In this document: piece by piece, positions 34,602-42,748 of the stretch | Layout of the letters: every line of letters starts with the position of its first letter | Numbering within the stretch: the stretch's first letter is position 1 | UHGV virus genome: UHGV-1372698 | Source: a virus | Length of the DNA: 42,748 bases | Strand: one strand, 5' to 3' | The notes under the pieces: generated by a model | The model's input: only the letters and a program-made list of their open reading frames with translations | Databases searched by the model: none | Told to the model about the DNA's origin: nothing | Translations under genes and position numbers: made by a program

Positions 34602-34930
34602 TATTCGCTCACCTTGTCTTCGTTGGCGCGAACTTGCACAACCATCCCTTTAGGGTATGGTGAAGGGCGGCCCTCTACACGGTATTCTATGCCGTCCACA
34701 ATGAGATGATCTTCGGCGGTCACGTCGATTGTAGTATTCCGCCAGTAAAGGGCGGCGGGCACTGTGACGGGCATTGCACCGGCACTGATCGGCTCAGTGG
34801 ACGTGGCCGGCGCAAACACCGCGGGCGGCAGAGCAACGTTCTCCCACTGCCCCGGCACGGGGTTACCGTACTGGTCTTTCGATGCCGGCCCTCGCCTACG
34901 ACGCGTGACAGGCACATATCCGGACAGCAT
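34601..34930 (-). CDS. head-tail joining (head closure) protein
   Basis: 109 aa. Position and pattern consistent with the HK97 gp10 type. Confidence 0.5.
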   Translation of the reverse strand: MLSGYVPVTRRRRGPASKDQYGNPVPGQWENVALPPAVFAPATSTEPISAGAMPVTVPAALYWRNTTIDVTAEDHLIVDGIEYRVEGRPSPYPKGMVVQVRANEDKVSE

Positions 34931-35415
34931 TACGGTTCCTGCCCGCTGATCGCGTTAATGTCTTCGATCAGCTGATCAGTGACGGACTGCGCATCATAAT
35001 CCTGTAGGAGGTCTACTTCGAACGCACCACCAGAGCCTCCGAGAGCGTCCTTTTCTTCGCGTTTCAGGTAGAGGCCGCCTTCAGGATTCTGATACGTAAA
35101 CTGATCACTAAACGGGCCGGTCGTGTGCGATTCTGACGCGATAATCCCGTGAGGCTCAGAGTAGATTCCGCCGCCACTGTCCGTGACGCCGCCAATGGCG
35201 TCTCCGCCCTGCATTGCACGGCGCACTACAGCGCACGCCACTCGCTTTCGCGTACGAGGGGTAGCAGACTCCCAGCGGGGACATTTCGACACAATGAGGT
35301 CGGTTGCGTCAGCGAGGAGTACGTCGGCGCGAATACGCTCATTGTCGGAGAGCGCCCGCCACCGAGCTTCCAGGTCTTCGACCGTGGCGAACGGAATAAT
35401 GTCGTCAGGAATCAC
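34930..35415 (-). CDS. head-tail connector / adaptor protein
   Basis: 161 aa. DLEARWRALSDNERIRADVLLADATDLI is typical of gp6/gp15-type adaptors. GTG start 8 nt after AGAAAGA. Confidence 0.55.
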   Translation of the reverse strand: MIPDDIIPFATVEDLEARWRALSDNERIRADVLLADATDLIVSKCPRWESATPRTRKRVACAVVRRAMQGGDAIGGVTDSGGGIYSEPHGIIASESHTTGPFSDQFTYQNPEGGLYLKREEKDALGGSGGAFEVDLLQDYDAQSVTDQLIEDINAISGQEP

Positions 35416-35621
35416 TTGGCAGTCTTTCTAGGGCGGCCTCGCCCCCGACGAGGAGCGGGCGCTGGCGGGGCAGTACGAGGGGAGGAGGAGGTGGGCTCGT
35501 CTACCCCGCCAGCGTCATCATTCTCAGGGTCGATTTCAGTGTATTCGTCTCCGAGCGCCACATTGTGGTCGTCTGCGAGATGGACAACAATGTCGTGGTC
35601 TCGGTGCTTGTAAGATCGCAT
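35412..35621 (-). CDS. small protein with C-terminal AT-hook-like RRGRGRPRK motif
   Basis: 69-aa ORF filling the 270-bp gap between capsid and connector genes. Weak RBS. Confidence 0.35.
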   Translation of the reverse strand: MRSYKHRDHDIVVHLADDHNVALGDEYTEIDPENDDAGGVDEPTSSSPRTAPPAPAPRRGRGRPRKTAK

Positions 35622-35689
35622 TTCCGGAATCGCCCCTGGGAAAAATTTGTTTTGAATGGGTTGTGTTTGTTTTCTTTACAGCAATTTTA

Positions 35690-36622
35690 TCAAGCGCCGA
35701 CCTTGGTCTTAATCGTCGCGAACTTATCCGGGAAAACGTACCAGGCGTACAGAATCTCGAGACGCAAAGCAATCTGGTTCCGACGCTTCAGGTCACCCTG
35801 ACCGTCCGGGTCACCGAAACGAATGATCTCGAGCGGCAGGGACCGCTGAATTCCCCAGCGAATGCCGTCGACGAAGTCACCAACAATGCCCTCGACATTG
35901 GTGGCGGCGGTCGCCTCGGGCTTGCCGGCGACAGTGTTTCCAGCGGCGGCCGGAAGGCCCATGAAATTGTCAATGTCGACACCGAGGCCGATCTGCGGGT
36001 AACGCGGCGTACCCGAAGGAGAACCGTCAGCATTCTTGGTCTGGAGGCTACCGAGCGCCCAAACGGCGGACGGCGCGAGCGCAAGACCAGTCGGCGTAAT
36101 AGGCGCGGCATTGTCGTTAATGAGCAGACCGGCGGCCTGGCGGATAGCCTGGTCCATCTCCGTAGTGCCGACCTCGACATTCTTGGTGGTGGAGGTCAGG
36201 TAGTTTGTCCACGCGTCGATAACGGCGCCGGTCAGCGGGTTAACGCGGTGGTAAAGGCCGAGGTCGAGGGCACGGGAAAGCGCCTCACTGCCCTTCTGGG
36301 CGAGCTGGTTGAGGACGTCCAGCTGATAGTCCTCATCGGCCCACTGGACCTCCTCGTTGAATCGCATAGTGACCTGAGCCTTGTGCGGCTTAGCGGTCAC
36401 ATAGCCGAACTCACCGGAGGTGGGAGCCTTCTCGGCGCCCTCGTCAACGAACTCAGCGCGCGGGAAATTATCGAAAGTGATAATGTCCACGTCGCCGAAA
36501 GTCATGGGGATTCCGCCGTTGAGCTTGGCGACGGTGGAAAGGGTCTGGGTGCGAGTAATGATCCCGTCGGCAATCTGCCGAGGCATGAGGACCTTCGCCT
36601 TGCCTGAATCAAACACGGCCAT
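35690..36622 (-). CDS. major capsid protein (HK97 fold)
   Basis: 310 aa, after the scaffold gene. AGAAAGAAACGGAAAT leader. Typical length and composition. Confidence 0.75.
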   Translation of the reverse strand: MAVFDSGKAKVLMPRQIADGIITRTQTLSTVAKLNGGIPMTFGDVDIITFDNFPRAEFVDEGAEKAPTSGEFGYVTAKPHKAQVTMRFNEEVQWADEDYQLDVLNQLAQKGSEALSRALDLGLYHRVNPLTGAVIDAWTNYLTSTTKNVEVGTTEMDQAIRQAAGLLINDNAAPITPTGLALAPSAVWALGSLQTKNADGSPSGTPRYPQIGLGVDIDNFMGLPAAAGNTVAGKPEATAATNVEGIVGDFVDGIRWGIQRSLPLEIIRFGDPDGQGDLKRRNQIALRLEILYAWYVFPDKFATIKTKVGA

Positions 36623-36681
36623 TATGGTTATTTCCGTTTCTTTCTAGTGTTTTACTTTTTAGAATAGCGGCTGGGATTATT

Positions 36682-37167
36682 TCAGTCGCCGGCGAAAACG
36701 TTCCGAGCGAATTCCGCAAGATTTCCGCCGTCATTGTCGGGCGTGGCTCCAGCCTGCGGAACAACGGGAGCAACGGACGGCTTAGCGTCGTGGAGTGCCT
36801 TGGCGATTGCGGCAGCATGAGCATTGATTTCATCCTCGGTTGTTCCTCGGATAAGATCGGCGCTGATGCCGTGTTCTGCGGCCGCGTTGGCGGACCATTC
36901 GCGGACTTTGGCGGCGGTTTCGAAGTCCGCAACCTTGGCTTTTAGGGCTTCGATTGTGGCGTCTTTGTCGCCGATTGCCTTGGCGAGTTCGTCTCGTTCG
37001 TTGGCGGCGCGCCTATTCTCTTTGGCGCGATTCTCCCATTTCCGGGACTCGCTCTTCCAGTCGATTTCAGGCTTACTAGCAGCAGTGTTGTCCCCATTCT
37101 TGGGGGCATTGTCGTCGTTAGTGGCGCTGGTGTCGGCCGGCGTGTCGCTTGCGGCGTTTTCGCTCAT
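36682..37167 (-). CDS. scaffolding protein
   Basis: Highly charged, Ala/Glu/Lys-rich helical protein immediately before the capsid gene. ATG after AGGAAA; ORF open to 37218. Confidence 0.6.
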   Translation of the reverse strand: MSENAASDTPADTSATNDDNAPKNGDNTAASKPEIDWKSESRKWENRAKENRRAANERDELAKAIGDKDATIEALKAKVADFETAAKVREWSANAAAEHGISADLIRGTTEDEINAHAAAIAKALHDAKPSVAPVVPQAGATPDNDGGNLAEFARNVFAGD

Positions 37168-37275
37168 TGGGCGTTTCCTGTATTTTGACCGTGCGGTTAT
37201 TGTGATATTTTCAGGCAACTATTTTGGGCTTTGCAGCCGTCCTTCAGTGACCTTTGCTTATGCATTGTAGCACAA

Positions 37276-38001
37276 TCATTCAATTGGTCGGGTGCGCCAT
37301 TCTGCGAGCTCCTCTTGGTGTGTGTCTATCCACGATGAGACAAGCTCGCGGTGGCGTTTGCGGCCTTTTTCAGTTTTGTGTCTTGCTGCGAGCGTGTATG
37401 CTTTTGCCGGCACTTCCCGAGAGGTCGGGTCCCATGCGGGGACCGCGACACATTTGCAATTGTCGTGCGCCCCGAATGATGCCGTCCCTTGTGACCGGTA
37501 GTAGCATTCGTTCATTGTGAGCATGACGCAGAAATTGCAGGCTCGTGGGTTGCGTGTTCGTCTTTCCCAGCCCATTGCTTCAGGGTCGGCCCATGTCATG
37601 TCCGCGATTTGCGAGCGGGCGCCGTCGCTGACGTATCGGATGAGCGCCCCGGTCAAATACGACAGAGCGATGTCTGGGGTTCCGGCGTACAGTGCTCCTG
37701 CACTGAATCTAACACTGTCGTCTATTTCGCCTTGTGGGGTGAGTGATGTTTGTACTGTGGGTGCGTCGCCGGGAATGTCTTGGTCGAGGCGCATGTCGCG
37801 GTACCATTCGTCGGCGATTGCGGCGGCCGCGCCCCCGTATTGGTCTACGAGGGCGGGCATGATTTCGAGCAGAAGATCGCGCGCGCGCTCAGGCCTTTGT
37901 CGTGCGGCGCGGGACCATAGTGTGTGTAAATCATTTTGGGCGAGTGTGGTGAGTGAGTCTATTGCTCGACCATATGCCCCGATTTCTGCGGTTGACAGCA
38001 T
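37276..38001 (-). CDS. head morphogenesis / minor capsid protein (MuF/gp7-like by position) with C-terminal Cys/His cluster
   Basis: 241 aa directly after the portal gene. C-terminal ACNFC...HDNCKC. Confidence 0.45.
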   Translation of the reverse strand: MLSTAEIGAYGRAIDSLTTLAQNDLHTLWSRAARQRPERARDLLLEIMPALVDQYGGAAAAIADEWYRDMRLDQDIPGDAPTVQTSLTPQGEIDDSVRFSAGALYAGTPDIALSYLTGALIRYVSDGARSQIADMTWADPEAMGWERRTRNPRACNFCVMLTMNECYYRSQGTASFGAHDNCKCVAVPAWDPTSREVPAKAYTLAARHKTEKGRKRHRELVSSWIDTHQEELAEWRTRPIE

Positions 38002-38009
38002 AATAAGTG

Positions 38010-39635
38010 TTAGTTTATTGGTGTTTTGGTGCCGCCGGGCAGTTTAATGTTGCGCTTAACCCTGTTCCTTGTATTGGGCGCATTATTAACACCCAGGTTA
38101 TTGCCGCTACCGTTATTGCCGTTATTGCCGGTATTGCGGTCGACATCGGCGGCATTACCGTCGCCGTTATTGTTGGCCGCGTCACTATTGTCACCGTTCT
38201 CGCCCTTCTCATCCACAGGGTTCTCGTTGTTCGTGGCGGCGAGAGCACGATCAAGCAACGACACCGCGTTCTTTTTACGATTCTCAGCGTTAATGTCTGC
38301 GAGATCGTCCTCGGTGAGTCCAGCACGCCGCATAAGAGTCTGCGACTCCTGCAACGACGGGAAAGCAGACACCATTTTAACCGCGAAATCGGCGGCAGAC
38401 GACGGCGAGGAATAGCGGGCGGGCGTCCACTTCACTGAAGTCTTCCACGACTCGGCGGGCGGCTCGTCGAGCTTGTCTCTGACCATAATAATGTTCTGCA
38501 GCGTGCGCCGCAATGGGGCGGTGAAAATACGCCACTGATACTCGGCTTCGTCCGCGAGCGCCGCCTCAGCCGCCTGCATCGCCTCGGCCGAGGCGGGGTT
38601 CTCCGCAAATACTCCGATAGCGGACTGGGGGAGGTTTGTGGCTGCACACAGATTCTGTGCCAGTTGACGGTACATTTCCAGGTGGGGGCTCATGGTCATT
38701 TGTGAGAATTGCCCGACCGACGGAATGTCGCCGTTCTCGTTCGGCTCAAGCACCTGCACGCGGGCCATGATTGCGGACCACCTGTCTTGGCCGGCGAAAT
38801 CTGCTCTTTCCGCGCCGAGCACGTACCGCTGCGGGGAGGAGAAGAATTCGGCGGACGTTTCCGCGCGGACCATCGTCCTCACCGCCGCATCCGTGAGATA
38901 GCGCACTTCACGGGTGATTCGTGAATGCCCCAACGGCCGATTCAGCTGCGGGTCGTAGCAGAGTGCTTCAACGAAAATGCGGTTGGGCGTATCTCCGAGC
39001 TTTTCGGCTTTCCAGCCGCCGCCGTTCTCTTTGGCGTCGATTCGCCAAATAGCGGTGGAAGTGTGCATGATGGCGCCGGCCGGCTGCCCGTATTTGTCGG
39101 TCTGATCGATTGTGAGGGCGGCTTCGATTATGCGACGCCTAGTGTCCCATAGTGCGGCGGACCATTCTGCGTCACGGGCCTGCACGACCACGGGCGGCTC
39201 GCCGATGGTCTCGTCCCCCCGCGTCACGGTTAGTAGTGAGAAAGAATGCTTGTACGCGGACGTTATTGCCTGCGCGAGATCAAGGTCGTAATTGTTTGCG
39301 GAGAGTATTTCGTTTGCTTCGAAAGCGTCGGGTGCCCCGTTTAGGGAGTAGCCCTCGAAAACGTGCCTCCTGGCGAGCATGGTGACGACTTTCTGAGGCC
39401 AACCCAACGCGGCTTTGGTGCGCGTCATTTGCGGCGGAATACTGATACCCAAATCCTGGAAAGCGCGGTGGCCATCATAGTAGACGGACAGCAGCTTGTT
39501 TTTGTTCGAGTGCTGCTGCCATTTCTGCCACAGTTGCAGGAATGTTGCCTGGTCTTCGTCGGGGAGTCCGGAAATGCGGGTCGGGGCCGGCGTAGCGTTA
39601 ACCAATCGCCCGTCGTCAGGATAAATTTCAGTCAT
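38010..39635 (-). CDS. portal protein
   Basis: 541 aa after TerL with ATGA overlap. N-terminal pattern typical of SPP1/phiC31-type portals. Asn/Gly-rich low-complexity C-terminus. Confidence 0.8.
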   Translation of the reverse strand: MTEIYPDDGRLVNATPAPTRISGLPDEDQATFLQLWQKWQQHSNKNKLLSVYYDGHRAFQDLGISIPPQMTRTKAALGWPQKVVTMLARRHVFEGYSLNGAPDAFEANEILSANNYDLDLAQAITSAYKHSFSLLTVTRGDETIGEPPVVVQARDAEWSAALWDTRRRIIEAALTIDQTDKYGQPAGAIMHTSTAIWRIDAKENGGGWKAEKLGDTPNRIFVEALCYDPQLNRPLGHSRITREVRYLTDAAVRTMVRAETSAEFFSSPQRYVLGAERADFAGQDRWSAIMARVQVLEPNENGDIPSVGQFSQMTMSPHLEMYRQLAQNLCAATNLPQSAIGVFAENPASAEAMQAAEAALADEAEYQWRIFTAPLRRTLQNIIMVRDKLDEPPAESWKTSVKWTPARYSSPSSAADFAVKMVSAFPSLQESQTLMRRAGLTEDDLADINAENRKKNAVSLLDRALAATNNENPVDEKGENGDNSDAANNNGDGNAADVDRNTGNNGNNGSGNNLGVNNAPNTRNRVKRNIKLPGGTKTPIN

Positions 39636-41125
39636 AGGAACAGTACTCCGCCGCCACGATCATTTCTATTATTGGCGTTTTCGATTTTATCATAAGGCCT
39701 GTAACGGGGCCGTCTTTTTGTTGTGCGTGCGGCCCACATTGCGAGCGTGCAGGCTTCTAGGCCGGCTACGGTGGCGCCGGGCGGGGCTTGTAGCGCCCAT
39801 CCGCCTGACGTTCCGATCGGGCGCGGTGTCGCGGACGCGGCCTCAGTCCGCAATTGCATGTCGTCCAAGTGCGTGATCGTGTTTTCGCGTAGTGAGGCGT
39901 CTAGCATGCTGTAGGCGTCTATGATTTGCGTGATCGTGGGTGTGATGATGACTTGCGGGCGTACTCCGATCGAACGGAGTCTTTCGATTGTGTCGCCGGC
40001 ACCGTATTTTCCGTCTACGATGATTTGCGCCCATCTGTCTTTTGTGTCCGCAATGTAGTCGATAATCCATTGTGTGCCTTCGTTCATGCGGCGGACGCCT
40101 TGGTGTGTGCAGAGTTCAACGTGTGTGGGCGTGTTTTGCTTGTGTCCTGCTCTGGCTAGGGCGCAGGTTGATCCGTCGGGTGCGAACCGAATGGCGGCGC
40201 ACCATCGCATGCCACTGGGAGTGTTTTCGGGCCGTATTGTGGCCGTGTTCCAGGCGACGGGGTCGATTGCGAGCTTGTCGTTGGCGCGGTCCCATATTCC
40301 GAGGCCTTCACGTCGGAATGATTCTTCCCCGAGCTGCCGCCGCATTCTTAGAATGGCGGACTCGGGGGTGCGGCGAGGGTATGATGGGTTTGCTTTTTCC
40401 CATTGTTTTCTGTCGTCGCTGTTAGCGTCGTAGTCGGCGGCCAGTTCGAGGTAGAGGCCGTCTTTTATTTCGCCTTGTAGGGCGAGGTTGCGGAATTCAC
40501 TGAAGGCTTCGGATGGGTCTTTTGGTTTTGGCGGTGTTCCGATTTTGATGATGAGCGGGTCGGGCGCCGTGTTTGTGGCGGGGATCATGTCGTCTAGTGC
40601 GGCTGCGCCGAGGATCTGGGCTTCGTCGAAGAGGATCATGTCTACGCCGTGGAATCCTCGTCCGAAGCCGCCTTCGCGGGCTCCGAAGAGAATGCGGGAC
40701 CCGTTGTTGAAGAGGATGGCTTGCTGCCCGTTTGCTTGACGTATCTTCTGGACGTATGGGGCGATTTCGGGTATTTGTGTCGTTCCTTTCATGTCGTTGA
40801 ATGTTTCGTCTGCGGTGCGTGTGCGGTGTGCGGTCCAGAGGACGAAGTAGTTGGGGTGGAGGGTGGCGAGTGCGAATGTGAGGCCGCCGATTGTGTATGT
40901 TTTGCCGACCTGTCTTGGGATGGATGCTTGGATTCCGTCGATGCTGGCGGCGTAGTGGCCGTCGTTTCGTTTTGCGAGGATTGCTTTGAGCCAGTCTTGT
41001 TGCCAAATGTCGAGGGGGTATTGCATTTCTTGGAGGCGGCGTTGGACTGGTGGCCAGGCGGTGTGTGTGATGTTTTCTGGGAGGGTGAGGTGGGCGGCGA
41101 TTTCGGATAGGTGTTTTTCGCTCAT
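39632..41125 (-). CDS. terminase large subunit
   Basis: Walker A IPRQVGKTY, Walker B DMILFDEAQ, C-terminal nuclease-like domain. 497 aa. Confidence 0.85.
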   Translation of the reverse strand: MSEKHLSEIAAHLTLPENITHTAWPPVQRRLQEMQYPLDIWQQDWLKAILAKRNDGHYAASIDGIQASIPRQVGKTYTIGGLTFALATLHPNYFVLWTAHRTRTADETFNDMKGTTQIPEIAPYVQKIRQANGQQAILFNNGSRILFGAREGGFGRGFHGVDMILFDEAQILGAAALDDMIPATNTAPDPLIIKIGTPPKPKDPSEAFSEFRNLALQGEIKDGLYLELAADYDANSDDRKQWEKANPSYPRRTPESAILRMRRQLGEESFRREGLGIWDRANDKLAIDPVAWNTATIRPENTPSGMRWCAAIRFAPDGSTCALARAGHKQNTPTHVELCTHQGVRRMNEGTQWIIDYIADTKDRWAQIIVDGKYGAGDTIERLRSIGVRPQVIITPTITQIIDAYSMLDASLRENTITHLDDMQLRTEAASATPRPIGTSGGWALQAPPGATVAGLEACTLAMWAARTTKRRPRYRPYDKIENANNRNDRGGGVLFL

Positions 41126-41128
41126 TGT

Positions 41129-41410
41129 TTAGATGCCGTCCCAGGTTTGTGTTTCGTTTGGAATGTCGGTGGTGTGTGTGGTGGTGTTTTCGTTTTGTGT
41201 GGTGGCGAGTTGGTCTGTGATTTGTATGAGTTGTGCGGTGAGTTTTGTGAGTGCTGTGTCGCCTGTTCTGGGGTCGTCTATGACGGTGGCGATTTTGTGT
41301 GCGAGTGCTTGGCGGATGAGTGTGGGGTTGTTTGTGTTTGTGGCGTCTGTGATGGGGGTGGGGCTGTTGGGTTCGTATACGGTGATTGTGGTGTTTGTGT
41401 GGGTTGTCAT
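41129..41410 (-). CDS. hypothetical protein; small terminase subunit candidate by position only
   Basis: 93-aa ORF immediately upstream of TerL. ATG lies 7 nt after a TATAAT element (leaderless-like). Thr/Asn-rich with a helical middle. Confidence 0.3.
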   Translation of the reverse strand: MTTHTNTTITVYEPNSPTPITDATNTNNPTLIRQALAHKIATVIDDPRTGDTALTKLTAQLIQITDQLATTQNENTTTHTTDIPNETQTWDGI

Positions 41411-41414
41411 GTCT

Positions 41415-41452
41415 TCTATTATATGTTGTGATATCGGTCATGTTTGGTGGGG
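41415..41452 (-). promoter_or_regulatory. predicted late-operon promoter (-10 TATAAT, plus-strand ATTATA at 41418-41423; leaderless start at 41410)
   Basis: TATAAT 7 nt upstream of the first ATG of the minus-strand late operon. Repeat array immediately upstream. Confidence 0.4.
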
Positions 41453-41548
41453 TTTTCCACAGGGTTTTCCACAGGTTTGGGAGTTTTCCACATGACGACG
41501 GTCACATTGTGGTGTGGGTTACTGGAGTTATCCACAGGGTTTTCCACA
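41453..41548 (+). repeat. five direct DnaA-box-like 9-mers: TTTTCCACA (41453, 41465, 41484, 41540) and exact TTATCCACA (41528), as two 12-bp tandem pairs
   Basis: Read directly. Matches TTATCCACA / TTWTNCACA. Located 30-130 bp upstream of the late promoter -10. Confidence 0.7.
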
Positions 41549-41933
41549 AGCAGGGAGGGATGGGCAGACCTTCGGGGTGTTCGCGGCCGGATGGGGGGAG
41601 GGGGAGTGGCCCCCATCACATGGTTTGTGTGGTGTGCGTCTCGTTTCATTGCGTCCCTGTCTTGTTTTGTGATGTGGGTCCCACTTTAAGGGATCCCTTA
41701 TGGCGTTGGGGCCCCCTTTGTGTTCGCCCAGTTTTGTTGCCATGGTTTTTTTGAACGCCATTGTTGTTTCACGCCTTTGAATGTTTTTGCGTGTTTTTGT
41801 AACATTTCTTTTGTTTTTATGTATTTTTATGCGTTTGTGTGTTTGTGCGTTGCGTGTTGCCTTGTGGCATGTGTTGGCACCATGCATGGTGCATGGTATT
41901 GGTGTGCATGTCATGCATCACATCATCGTCGTG

Positions 41934-42050
41934 TGTTCATCATCATGTTCATCATCATGTTCATCATTGATCATCATCATGTTCGTTGTTCATTGTTCAT
42001 TGATCAATCATTGAACAATAATTGTTGATCATGTTGATCATGATTGTTCG
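41934..42050. repeat. AT-rich iteron block: TGTTCATCATCA x3 (12-bp period), TGTTCAT x2, inverted TGTTCA...TGAACA, and four TGATCA palindromes
   Basis: Read directly. Lowest-GC stretch of the window. Confidence 0.6.
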
Positions 42051-42748
42051 TTAGTTGTGTGAACGTGAACGGTGTGAGAGTGGATGTGGATGGCGTCCGT
42101 CCTCCTCGGTGTGTCGTGTGGAATGGCGGTGGTGTGTGCTGCTGTCGGTCTGCTCAACCCAGTGTGTGTGGCCTGGCCTGTGCTCTACCTCCTCGGTGCG
42201 TGGTGAGTACTGCAGTTATGTCATGTCATGTTGTGTACTGTTCATTGCCGAGTGTGTGTGGGTGAGTGCGCGTCTGTGCTGTTCGTGTGGTGGGGCATCC
42301 TCTGTCTGCCCCCCTATCGTCGTGGTGGTGGGTGGGGCCATCGTGGATGGTGGGGTGGCGTGACGAGGCGGGGTGGCATGGTGGGTGAAGGGCGGGTGTG
42401 TTGCACTGACCTCCCGTCTGTACGTCAGTGTCCCCTCCTGCTTTGTATCGGCGCTCCCCTCATGTTCATTCGGTGGCCGTGTTGAAGGGCGGTGGTGGTG
42501 TGTGTTGTGGTGTCCCCGTCTTCGGATCGGGTCCTCCCATCTCATGTTGTGTCCGTTCCTCTTCTGCTCGTGTGTTGGTGTGTTTGTTGTGGGTGGGGAA
42601 GTGCGGTGGGGTGTGCTGCTTACAGTAATGGTGTTGGCGTAGTGGTGTGGTGTTGTGTTGTGGAATGGCGGCGGCGGGTGTTTGCTTCGTGTGAAGCTGT
42701 GTTCTACTTCTCTTCTCCCTGTCTTTGTGTTTGCTGTCACAGCATTGT

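Larger units (their letters stand above)
41440..42748 (+). other. GT-skewed non-coding region: DnaA-box-like repeats, G-tracts, AT-rich iterons, GTGGAATGGCGG motif copies at 42118-42131 and 42660-42673
   Basis: Same composition and motif family as 1-950. Confidence 0.6.

Noticed and set aside
35663-36607. 314-aa plus-strand ORF opposite the major capsid gene
   Set aside because: Antisense shadow of the capsid gene. Gly/Arg/Leu-rich low-complexity translation.
40497-41441. 314-aa minus-strand His/Arg/Pro/Thr-rich ORF overlapping TerL in another frame
   Set aside because: Extreme low complexity (HHNHRIRTQQPHPHHRRHKHK...). Out-of-frame overlap of a gene with clear terminase motifs.
42216-42740. 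174-aa minus-strand Thr/Pro/His-rich ORF in the GT-skewed terminal region
   Set aside because: The translation is a direct consequence of CA-rich strand skew (ACN/CCN/CAY codons). There are no start signals. Treated as non-coding.
1-42748. Integrase, repressor, attachment sites, tRNA genes, CRISPR array
   Set aside because: No tyrosine/serine recombinase, HTH repressor or tRNA-like sequence was recognised in any frame. The many repeats are either protein-coding (tape measure, Pro-rich protein) or irregularly spaced regulatory/packaging repeats without repeat-spacer periodicity. The element therefore looks lytic or non-integrating. tRNAscan and HMM searches were not possible here.

Overview
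The window reads as an essentially complete ~42.7 kb tailed (sipho-type) phage genome from a high-GC Gram-positive, actinobacterial-type host, apparently opened inside its long non-coding packaging/origin region. Layout: (1) 1-950, strongly GT-skewed non-coding DNA with an HNH endonuclease gene (260-604, minus) flanked by ~100-bp direct repeats. (2) 950-1550, a palindrome-rich regulatory region. (3) 1556-2267, two minus-strand genes, each with an apparent frameshift at a G6 tract. (4) ~2353-15146, the plus-strand early and replication/recombination operon: DUF3987-like protein, possible primase-like protein, SNF2 helicase, Cas4-like PD-(D/E)XK exonuclease, Sak4-like ATPase, SSB-like protein, zinc-ribbon protein, RuvC resolvase. 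(5) 15147-15229, a bidirectional terminator cassette carrying two copies of the palindrome TGTTTCACGTGAAACA. (6) 15246-18049, the minus-strand lysis cassette: three small membrane proteins and a CHAP+SLT endolysin. (7) 18256-21807, a plus-strand accessory ('moron'-like) cluster: DUF3310, dCTP deaminase, Pro-rich membrane protein. (8) 21828-21882, a second, inverted copy of the terminator/palindrome cassette. (9) 21884-41410, the minus-strand late operon: terminase large subunit, portal, MuF-like protein, scaffold, HK97-type capsid, connectors, major tail, G/GT chaperone with a canonical -1 slippery GGGAAAC, 1520-aa tape measure with NlpC/P60, Dit, Tal, fibre, glycosidase-like protein. (10) 41440-42748, GT-skewed non-coding DNA with five DnaA-box-like repeats and an AT-rich iteron/TGATCA block. 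No integrase, repressor, tRNA or CRISPR array was recognised. The most interesting signals are the repeat, palindrome and hairpin families in the non-coding regions, not any single known defence gene. All functional calls rest on motif recognition by eye; no database search was possible.
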